Below the pieces are notes generated by a model. It was given only the letters and a program-made list of their open reading frames with translations, ran no database searches and had not been told where the DNA came from. Positions 56,917 to 64,000 of a stretch of 64,000 nucleotides of DNA are shown here, in pieces. Both the position numbers and the translations under genes were made by a program. This DNA comes from Ideonella sp. (GTDB lineage: Bacteria; Pseudomonadota; Gammaproteobacteria; Burkholderiales; Burkholderiaceae_C), in assembly GCF_044358605.1 (NCBI RefSeq), contig NZ_JBIKNQ010000013.1, positions 3,032-67,031 of the forward strand. Reading direction: 5' to 3'. Positions within the stretch are counted from its first letter, which is position 1, and each line of letters starts with the position of its first letter.

Positions 56917-58305
56917 TTAGACGGCCAAGCGGCACACCTGCTCACCCAGCCTCGTCAGATGCTCGTCCAAGGCCTTCAGGCACACCGGCCAGTCAGCTGA
57001 GAAGCGTGTATCCAAGGCCAAGTTCGCACGCCAATCCAAAGCCAAACTCAGCGCCTGGTGCCATACCGCATTGGGCACCGCAGCCCGCAGCGCACTGCGT
57101 GGCAACTCTGTTGGCAAGCCCCCGCCGCTGCGCGGTGCCAAGCCCATGGGCAACATGTCATAGGCCGGTGCCAAAGAATAGGGCTTGCCCACATCCGACA
57201 TGAATGAGAGGTTGCCGTGGTGCATGTCGGTGTTGCCGATCAGCGTGCCATAGGCATAAAGCAGACAGGCACGGTCTGCCGCCTCGCGGGTGATGAGCCC
57301 AGCCTGAGCCAAGCGGGCCGCCAACACCGGCCAAGGCGACGTGGCGTCTCCCAGGAATTCAGCTTCCAGCGCAGCCAGTGAGAACAGCGCATGGCGCCCG
57401 CGTGGGCCTACACGGTCAAAGCGCTCCACCTCCAAGAAGCGCTGATGCCCCTGGTCGATCACCGTGCTGGCGGCCGCGGCAATGCCCGCCCGCCGCAAGG
57501 TCTGCAAAGCATGGTGTTCGGCCAGCAGCAAATCTCGCCAACGTCGACTGACAGGGTGGTCCTCAAGCACGCTGAACTTCACCAGCACATGCCGGGACTT
57601 GGCCGTTTCATCCTCGGCATAAGCCAAAAACTTGGGTTGCTCGCCGCCTGCGGACGACGCCGGCAATTCGCCACGTGCGGCCTGCTCTGACATGCGCGCA
57701 TAGGCCACAGCCCTGTCCGCCAAGCGCACCGCTACAGGCTCGGCTGCGCTGACGAAGGCATCGCGCATGGCTTCGCCCAGCAGCAAATTACCCGGAGCAT
57801 CTTGTCCGTGGCGCAACAGGGCTTGCAAGGCTTGCGTCTCACCCCAATCCGAGAGTGACGCAGGCAGACCCAAGGCAGGCGCAACTTGCACCGCATAGGC
57901 GCGGCCCAGGTAGCCCTGGGGCAGCATGTCTTGCATCCACCAAGGCAGGCCTTCGCTGTACGTGGCACTCAACCTGCCCCCTCGCACGCTTGGGGCCGCC
58001 ACCTCAAACACCCAGCCCTGCGGGCGAACCGGGCACAGGCGGCCGAGGTCGGAAGCGCGCCCCTGGGCATCCACCTGAAACACGGCCATGTCGGGCAGGC
58101 CCCGACCTTTATCACGCACCGCGTAGTGAATAGACACCCCAGCACCCGTGCGCAGCACCTCCCCCCCCATGGCCGCCAAAGCGCGCGACAAGGTGGGCTG
58201 GCTCACTCCAAGGCCTTGGGCCAATGCCGCCCCTGTGCAAGGCCCCGCCTTCAGCGCCTGGCGAATCGCTAGGGCCTGCTCTGCAAGTCGAGATGGGCGG
58301 GCCAT
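56917..58305 (-). CDS. HipA-family Ser/Thr kinase with a fused N-terminal HTH domain (YjjJ/HipH type)
   Basis: N-terminal GAALAQGLGVSQPTLSRAL. Kinase motifs SSAGGEQPKF, GNTDMHHGNLSF, APAYDMLPM. No separate HipB-like gene is adjacent. Confidence 0.8.
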   Translation of the reverse strand: MARPSRLAEQALAIRQALKAGPCTGAALAQGLGVSQPTLSRALAAMGGEVLRTGAGVSIHYAVRDKGRGLPDMAVFQVDAQGRASDLGRLCPVRPQGWVFEVAAPSVRGGRLSATYSEGLPWWMQDMLPQGYLGRAYAVQVAPALGLPASLSDWGETQALQALLRHGQDAPGNLLLGEAMRDAFVSAAEPVAVRLADRAVAYARMSEQAARGELPASSAGGEQPKFLAYAEDETAKSRHVLVKFSVLEDHPVSRRWRDLLLAEHHALQTLRRAGIAAAASTVIDQGHQRFLEVERFDRVGPRGRHALFSLAALEAEFLGDATSPWPVLAARLAQAGLITREAADRACLLYAYGTLIGNTDMHHGNLSFMSDVGKPYSLAPAYDMLPMGLAPRSGGGLPTELPRSALRAAVPNAVWHQALSLALDWRANLALDTRFSADWPVCLKALDEHLTRLGEQVCRLAV

Positions 58306-58318
58306 AAAGAATAGCTTT

Positions 58319-58336
58319 ATGAATAGATAAATGAAT
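58319..58336. promoter_or_regulatory. direct repeat ATGAAT-N6-ATGAAT in the AT-rich stretch immediately upstream of the HipA-like gene
   Basis: ATGAATagataaATGAAT. Candidate autoregulatory operator; speculative. Confidence 0.25.
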
Positions 58337-58548
58337 TACTAAATCATGCCAGAGACGCGATGCCGCCACAAGACGCCGTGGCCAAGCCCCTGCGGCGGTC
58401 ACCCCACCTCCGCTGCCGCTAAAGCGCCGCCTTTGCCAGCTTTTTCGCACCAATAGGCGCTCAATCTGCCCTCTATGGTGTGCACCGTGGGCAAAGCGCG
58501 GGCAGTGGGTGCCTGTGTCTGCCCCAGACACTGCTGCACCACTGCCTC

Positions 58549-59739
58549 ATGCCACCTCGTCCGCCGGACTATCTTGCCGTCATCGCCAGCCCTTGCTTTT
58601 CTTGCGGGGTGACGCTGGTCATCGACATGCTTTTGCTGCTGGGTGTGCGGGTGGACTTCATCAACCACAGCACGCGCGCACCACACCCTTATTGGCGCCA
58701 ACGCGCCGATGGACGCTGGGAGTTGAGTGCGGCGGGCAAGGGCCACTTTGGCTTTCATTCCAAGCTGGCCAGCAAGCAAGAGAGTTTTGACTTCCCCGAG
58801 GGCCGCGCGGTGCTGATCGGCCACAACCCGGCCATGGTGCGCTACCTAGCCCCCAGCACCCGCGCGGTGATGGTGGTGCGTGACCCGGTGGATGCCATTT
58901 ACTCGTGGCAGCGGCGGCAAAACGTGGCCGCCTCGGGCATCACGTTTGAGGAGTACCTGCAGCAGGTGCTGTACTTCAACGTGCACAAGCCCTATGGCAT
59001 TTTTCAGTCCACGCCGCTGGAACTGTATGCCCTGTTTTGCGCCTTCTGGCTCAGCGCGGCGGGTGAATGCCATGTGATGGGCTATGAAGACTTCAAGGCG
59101 GGGCCTGAGCCCTTTGTGGACCTGATGGCCTATCTGGGCGTGCCGGTGGCCGCTGCCGAGGTGCACGCCGCCTTTGCCCGCGTAGAGTCAGGCAGCGAAG
59201 CCCCGGCCCGCATCGAGCAATACCAGCTCTGCAACCTCAAGGGCCAACCGCGCGAGTGGACGCAGCGCATGGCCGCCAGCGAGCACGCTGCTCTCCTGGC
59301 CGGGCCACTCAAGCAAGCGGTCTATGGCCTGCTGGGCTACAGCAGCCACGCCACCGACTGGGCTGCGGCCACCCAAGCGCCCGGCCAAAGCTATGGCCTG
59401 ATCAGCGGGCTGATGGACGCCCTGGGCCAGCAGCTCAGCGACGAGCGAGACCCGGTGCCGGTGCACACGGCCATGGAGTTGACGCTGCAGACATTCAAAG
59501 ACGAGTTCCAGCGCCATGTGCCCTCGCGCACCGCCGAGCTCTACACCCTGCCCGCCATCGAGCACGACTGCACCCAGGCCTTCAGGGCCGTGACCCGCTT
59601 TGTGCGCGAGGTCTACACCGCCCAAGACCAGATCCCCTTCTGGCGCCTGCGCAATCTCACGCTGCAACTCACCGGCCTGATCGCCAACAGCGCTGGCAAC
59701 CCGAACGTGCGGCACATGGTGGCCGAACGCTTGATCTGA
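58549..59739 (+). CDS. sulfotransferase-fold protein with a C-terminal extension of about 170 aa; candidate group transferase of the downstream pathway
   Basis: 3'-phosphate-binding-like motif VMVVRDPVDAIYSWQRR. Degenerate 5'-PSB-like loop VIASPCFSCGVTLV. Start uncertain (ATG 58549 or GTG 58480). Confidence 0.55.
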   Translation: MPPRPPDYLAVIASPCFSCGVTLVIDMLLLLGVRVDFINHSTRAPHPYWRQRADGRWELSAAGKGHFGFHSKLASKQESFDFPEGRAVLIGHNPAMVRYLAPSTRAVMVVRDPVDAIYSWQRRQNVAASGITFEEYLQQVLYFNVHKPYGIFQSTPLELYALFCAFWLSAAGECHVMGYEDFKAGPEPFVDLMAYLGVPVAAAEVHAAFARVESGSEAPARIEQYQLCNLKGQPREWTQRMAASEHAALLAGPLKQAVYGLLGYSSHATDWAAATQAPGQSYGLISGLMDALGQQLSDERDPVPVHTAMELTLQTFKDEFQRHVPSRTAELYTLPAIEHDCTQAFRAVTRFVREVYTAQDQIPFWRLRNLTLQLTGLIANSAGNPNVRHMVAERLI

Positions 59740-59741
59740 GC

Positions 59742-60299
59742 ATGGCTGCCGCTGCTTCATCCCTTCCCCCACCTGGCCGCGTGGTCTGGATCACCGGGCT
59801 CTCGGGCGCGGGCAAGTCCACGCTGGCTGAAGCCCTGGTTTCCACCCTGCGTGGCGCGGGCGAGCCGGTGGTGATGCTGGACGGCGATGCGCTGCGCGAG
59901 GTGTTTGGCGCGGTGGATGCCCAGCACCATGGCCGAGCAGCCCGCCTAGGCTTGGCCCTGCGCTATGCCCAGCTCTGCAAGACCCTGGCCGACCAGGGCG
60001 TGACCGTCGTCATCGCCACCATCTCGCTGTTCACCGAGGTGCATGCCTGGAACCGCCAGCACCTGCCCGGCTATGTGGAGGTGCTGCTGGACGTGCCGCT
60101 GGCCGAGCTGCGCCGCCGTGACCCCAAAGGCATTTACCGCCGCTTTGATGCGGGCGAGCTGCAGGACGTGGCGGGGCTGGACCTAGCTGTAGACCTGCCC
60201 AGCGCACCCCACCTGCACCTTCTACACGACCCAGCGCGCCCCATCAGTGCGCTGGTTGATGCCGTCATTCAACACCTTCACACAAGGACCTCACCATGA
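59742..60299 (+). CDS. adenylylsulfate-kinase-fold nucleotide 3'-kinase (CysC / Cj1415-like)
   Basis: WITGLSGAGKSTLA, MLDGDALR, VEVLLDVPLAELRRRDPKGIYRRF; 185 aa. ATG lies 2 nt after the upstream stop. Confidence 0.85.
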   Translation: MAAAASSLPPPGRVVWITGLSGAGKSTLAEALVSTLRGAGEPVVMLDGDALREVFGAVDAQHHGRAARLGLALRYAQLCKTLADQGVTVVIATISLFTEVHAWNRQHLPGYVEVLLDVPLAELRRRDPKGIYRRFDAGELQDVAGLDLAVDLPSAPHLHLLHDPARPISALVDAVIQHLHTRTSP

Positions 60300-61114
60300 C
60301 CATGGCCACCACCACCGAGCGCCCCGCCACCGTGTCCACCGCCCTGCGCGCGGGCGACTTCACCGGCTTGGCGCAAGACTATTCACAACACCGGCCGGAC
60401 TATGCGCCCTCGGTGCTGCAAGGCCTGCTGGGCCTGTTGGGCAAGCCCGTGGCCGAGGTGGACTTTGCCGACGTGGGTGCGGGCACCGGCATCTGGACCC
60501 GCCAGGTGCAAGCCAGCGGCGTGCGCTGCGCCACCGCTGTGGAGCCCAACACCGACATGCGCACCCACGGCCAAGTGGCCAGCGCCCACACCCCCATCCG
60601 CTGGCTGCAAGGCAGTGCCGAGCAGACCGGCCTGGCCAGCGCCAGCGCCGACTGGTTGACCATGGCCTCCAGCTTTCACTGGGCACAGTTTGAGGTCGCC
60701 ACGGGCGAGTTCCACCGGGTGCTACGCCCGGGAGGCCGCTTCACCGCGCTGTGGAACCCGCGCCTGATCGAGGTCAACCCCCTGCTGGTGGAGATCGAAG
60801 CCCACCTGAGCACCCTGCGCAGCGACATCAAGCGCGTGTCCTCGGGCCGCTCGGGCATCACCGAAACCCTCTCGGAGCAGCTCTGGGCCTCGCCGCACTT
60901 TGAAGACGTGGTCTACCTGGAGGGCCGCCATGTGATCAGCATGACCCCAGCCCGCTACCTGGGCGCCTGGCGTTCGGTCAATGACCTGCGCGTGCAACTG
61001 GGGGCCGACAAGTTCGAAGCCTTCTTGGCCTATGTGGAAGAGCGCATCCGAGGCCAGGCCAGCATTGAAGCCACCTACCTGACCCGGGCCTGGTCGGCCC
61101 GCCGCAAAGGCTGA
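60296..61114 (+). CDS. class I SAM-dependent methyltransferase
   Basis: Motif I DVGAGTGIWT, later LRPGGRF. ATGA overlap with the kinase gene. Confidence 0.85.
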   Translation: MTMATTTERPATVSTALRAGDFTGLAQDYSQHRPDYAPSVLQGLLGLLGKPVAEVDFADVGAGTGIWTRQVQASGVRCATAVEPNTDMRTHGQVASAHTPIRWLQGSAEQTGLASASADWLTMASSFHWAQFEVATGEFHRVLRPGGRFTALWNPRLIEVNPLLVEIEAHLSTLRSDIKRVSSGRSGITETLSEQLWASPHFEDVVYLEGRHVISMTPARYLGAWRSVNDLRVQLGADKFEAFLAYVEERIRGQASIEATYLTRAWSARRKG

Positions 61115-61118
61115 GCCC

Positions 61119-63434
61119 ATGCGCCCGATGTTCTCCACTAAGGCTGGCACCCTGGCCGCGCTGCAGGGCACGCTGCGCAGCGCCCGCATAGCACCCCTGT
61201 GCGTGTTCACCGTGCAGCAATGGCGGGAGAGCCCCACGCAGTGCCTGGCCTGGATCGGAGCCCAAGCGGGCCAAGGCCCGTGGATCGTGCGCTCTAGCTG
61301 CCTACAGGAAGACAGCCAAACCGCGTCCAACGCTGGGGCTTACTTGTCGGTGCCGCAGGTGACGGCGGCCACGCTGGCCGCGTCCATCAACCAAGTGATC
61401 GCGTCCTACGGCCAGCCGCAAGCAGCCGACGAGGTGCTGGTTCAGCCCATGCTGCAAGCAGTGCTGCGCTCGGGCGTGGCCTTCTCGCACGACCCCAACA
61501 CCCAAGCCCCTTACCGCGTGGTGAACTGGTCCGAAGGCAGCGACACCGCCCAGGTGACCGGCGGCGCCGGTGGCCGCATGTTTGTGCAAGCGGCGCAAAG
61601 CCCCGTGGCCCCGCCACCTGAGCTGGCCCCCGTGCTGGGCTTGGTGGACGAACTGTTGAGCCTTCTTGAAGGCGCCCCGTTGGACTGTGAATTTGCTGTT
61701 ACGCGTGATGGCGCTGACGAGCAGCTGTGGCTGCTGCAAGCCCGCCCCCTGGTGCTGGCCCAAGCGCCGGAGACGGATGCCCAGCAAGCCGAGCGCCTGG
61801 CGCGCATTCAGCAGCAGGTGCAGCGCGGCATGCAGCCCCACCCCTTTTTGATGGGCCAGCGCACGGTGTATGGCGTGATGCCCGACTGGAACCCAGCCGA
61901 GATCGTCGGCATCCGGCCTAAGCCACTGGCGCTGTCGCTCTACCGCGAGCTGGTCACCGACTCCATCTGGGCCTATCAGCGCCACAACTACGGCTACCGC
62001 AATCTGCGCAGCTTTCCGCTGATGCCGCATTTCTACGGCCTGCCCTATGTGGATGTGCGGCTGTCCTTCAACTCCTTCATCCCGGCCGACCTGGACGACG
62101 CCTTGGCCGGGCGCTTGGTGGACCACTACATCAACCGCTTGCTGGCCGAGCCCAAGCTGCATGACAAAGTGGAGTTTGAGATCGTCTTCTCTTGCTACAC
62201 CCTAGATTTACCCCAGCGCCTGGAGCGCCTGGCCGAAGCCGGCTTCAGCGCGGCAGAGCGCGAAACCATTGCCAACAGCCTGCGCCAGTTGACCAACCGC
62301 ATCGTCCACCCGCAAGACGGGCTGTGGCGCAGCGACGCGGCCAAGCTGGACACCCTGAAGGCCCGCCGCGAAGCGCTGATGGCGTCCAACGCCGACCCGC
62401 TGGAGCGCATCCACTGGCTGCTGGAAGACGGCAAGCGCTATGGCACCCTGCCCTTTGCAGGCCTGGCGCGCGCAGGCTTTGTGGCCGTGCAAATGCTCAA
62501 GTCTCTGGTGGCGGTGGGCGTGTTCTCGCCCGCCGACTACGAGGCCTTCATTGCCAGCGTGTCCACCGTCAGCGGCCAGTTGGCCCATGACCAAGCCACG
62601 CTGCACAAAGACGATTTCTTGGCACGATACGGCCACCTGCGCCCAGGCACCTACGACATCCTCTCGCCCCGCTATGACGAGCAGCCTGAGTTGTACTTTG
62701 ACTGGAGCCAACGCCCGGCCGCGCCGCGCGCCAGCACGCCGTTTTCGGTGACGCTGCCGCAAATGCGCGAGGTGGTGAAGATGCTGCAAGCCCACGGCCT
62801 GCAGCCCGACCCTGTCGGCCTGTTCGACTTCTTACAGGCCGGTATCGAGCTGCGCGAGTTGGCCAAGTTCCACTTCACCCGCAATCTCTCAGACGCCATA
62901 AAGCTGATGGTCCAAGTGGGCGAGCCCCTGGGCTTCAGCCGCGACGACTTGGCCTTTTGCGACATCAGCGCCTTCAAAGAGCTGCACATGGGAGCGGCCG
63001 ATCCGCGCGAGGTGCTGGGCCGCAGCATCGCCCAGGGCCGCGAGCGCTATGCGCAGACGCTGAAGGTCTCGCTGCCGCCGCTGATTGCCAGGCCGGACGA
63101 TGTGTGGTCTTTTGAGATGCCAGAGACCGCGCCCAACTTCATCACCCAAGGCCAGGTCACCGCCGAAGTGGCCACCTGCACCGACCGCAGCAAACTGGCC
63201 GGGGCCATTGTCTGCATCCCCAATGCCGACCCCGGCTTTGATTGGCTGTTCGCCTACCCCATTGCGGGCCTGATCACCGCCTGGGGTGGCGCCAACTCCC
63301 ACATGGCCATCCGCGCGGGCGAGCTGGGCCTGCCCGCCGTGATTGGCGCCGGTGAAGTGATGTACAAACACTGGGCAGGCAGCCGCCGCGTGCACATGGA
63401 CTGCGCGGGGCGCCGTGTGGAGATGATCAATTGA
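61119..63434 (+). CDS. PEP/pyruvate-binding (ATP-grasp) plus C-terminal swivel-histidine phosphotransferase lacking a TIM-barrel domain; candidate L-glutamine kinase (Cj1418-like)
   Basis: 771 aa. N-terminal FSTKAGTLAALQG...WIVRSSCLQED. C-terminal mobile domain GGANSH(728)MAIRAGELGLPAVIGAG. Confidence 0.7.
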   Translation: MRPMFSTKAGTLAALQGTLRSARIAPLCVFTVQQWRESPTQCLAWIGAQAGQGPWIVRSSCLQEDSQTASNAGAYLSVPQVTAATLAASINQVIASYGQPQAADEVLVQPMLQAVLRSGVAFSHDPNTQAPYRVVNWSEGSDTAQVTGGAGGRMFVQAAQSPVAPPPELAPVLGLVDELLSLLEGAPLDCEFAVTRDGADEQLWLLQARPLVLAQAPETDAQQAERLARIQQQVQRGMQPHPFLMGQRTVYGVMPDWNPAEIVGIRPKPLALSLYRELVTDSIWAYQRHNYGYRNLRSFPLMPHFYGLPYVDVRLSFNSFIPADLDDALAGRLVDHYINRLLAEPKLHDKVEFEIVFSCYTLDLPQRLERLAEAGFSAAERETIANSLRQLTNRIVHPQDGLWRSDAAKLDTLKARREALMASNADPLERIHWLLEDGKRYGTLPFAGLARAGFVAVQMLKSLVAVGVFSPADYEAFIASVSTVSGQLAHDQATLHKDDFLARYGHLRPGTYDILSPRYDEQPELYFDWSQRPAAPRASTPFSVTLPQMREVVKMLQAHGLQPDPVGLFDFLQAGIELRELAKFHFTRNLSDAIKLMVQVGEPLGFSRDDLAFCDISAFKELHMGAADPREVLGRSIAQGRERYAQTLKVSLPPLIARPDDVWSFEMPETAPNFITQGQVTAEVATCTDRSKLAGAIVCIPNADPGFDWLFAYPIAGLITAWGGANSHMAIRAGELGLPAVIGAGEVMYKHWAGSRRVHMDCAGRRVEMIN

Positions 63435-64000
63435 AAATTGCAGTGAGCCAGCGGGTCGACCACTGGCCCGACCGGCCCGAAACCCGCGACGCCCTGGACC
63501 AAGACCTGATCGAGTTTTTGGTGACGGCCGGGGCCTTGCCCCTGCCGGTGAGCAACCGGCTCATCTTCTGCGGCCAAGCCTTGGCGCAATGGTTAGAGGC
63601 CCTGCAGCCAGACGCCGTGCTGCTGAGTGGCGGCAATGACATTGGCCGGGTGCGCGAGCGCGACCTGACCGAGCAGGCCTTGCTGGCCTATGCCCAGTAC
63701 CACCGCCTGCCCGTGCTGGGCCTGTGCCGGGGCATGCAAATGCTGGCGCATTGGGCGGGCACACCGTTGCGCAAGGTGGAGGGCCATGTGGCCAGCACCC
63801 ACCAGCTACACGGTCGCCTGAGCGGCAGCGTCAACAGCTTTCACACCCAAGCCTTGGCCGAATGCCCGCCCGGCTTTGAGGTGCTGGCCCACAGCGAAGA
63901 TGGCGTGATCGAGGCCATTCAGCATCTGGACCTGCCGTGGCAGGGCTGGATGTGGCATCCCGAGCGCTGCCATCCCTTTGAGGCCAGCGACATACAGCGG
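63431..64000 (+). CDS. class-I glutamine amidotransferase / peptidase C26 gamma-glutamyl hydrolase family protein (Cj1417-like), truncated by the window end
   Basis: Own translation, since the gene runs off the window: LKIAVSQRVDHW...LPVLGLCRGMQMLAHW...GWMWHPER. TTG 63431 overlaps the upstream stop; GTG 63443 is an alternative start. Confidence 0.75.
   Translation, partial: MKIAVSQRVDHWPDRPETRDALDQDLIEFLVTAGALPLPVSNRLIFCGQALAQWLEALQPDAVLLSGGNDIGRVRERDLTEQALLAYAQYHRLPVLGLCRGMQMLAHWAGTPLRKVEGHVASTHQLHGRLSGSVNSFHTQALAECPPGFEVLAHSEDGVIEAIQHLDLPWQGWMWHPERCHPFEASDIQR

Overview
This is a high-GC chromosomal segment. Gene content and order suggest a beta-proteobacterium, probably Burkholderiales/Comamonadaceae-like; that assignment is an inference. 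All calls come from reading the sequence and ORF track by eye and from motif memory, with no database searches. Layout: (1) 1-6413 is the end of a genomic island inserted at the 3' end of tRNA-Pro(GGG). It is visibly more AT-rich than the core. It carries an AlpA-like gene, two phage/satellite-type replication genes, and a BREX-like pair: a short BrxC/DUF499 ATPase translationally coupled to a PglZ-domain gene that runs off the window start. (2) 6.4-14.3 kb is the conserved block thrS-infC-rpmI-rplT-pheS-pheT-ihfA-merR-tRNA-Pro on the minus strand. (3) 14.6-29.2 kb holds housekeeping and accessory genes (SlyB-like lipoprotein, patatin, Tex, a secreted triple beta-gamma-crystallin protein, SDRs, GNAT) and a fatty-acid beta-oxidation operon. 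(4) 29.4-34.6 kb is a LivFGMH-type ABC importer with its binding protein. (5) 34.7-40 kb is selO-msrB-yciB-bolA-ppiC followed by the divergent ybbA/tesA pair. (6) 40-46 kb holds a PQQ ethanol-type dehydrogenase with the lanthanide DYD signature behind a sigma-54 promoter, then moeA, a BASS transporter and fadD. (7) 46.3-56.9 kb is a tungsten module, tupBCA plus an AorABC-type tungsten aldehyde oxidoreductase operon. It is interrupted by sppA, a 1.5-kb low-coding stretch with two inverted MITE-like repeats, an internal terminator and a second MITE type. (8) 56.9-58.3 kb is a solitary HipA-type kinase with a fused HTH domain. (9) 58.5-64.0 kb is a tight five-gene cluster: sulfotransferase-fold protein, APS-kinase-fold protein, SAM methyltransferase, ATP-grasp plus swivel-His phosphotransferase, and a class-I amidotransferase/C26 hydrolase. 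I read this as a Campylobacter-type phosphoramidate (P-N) donor pathway in a new host and context, and it is the most interesting candidate system in the window. No rRNA, CRISPR array or intact IS element was seen.
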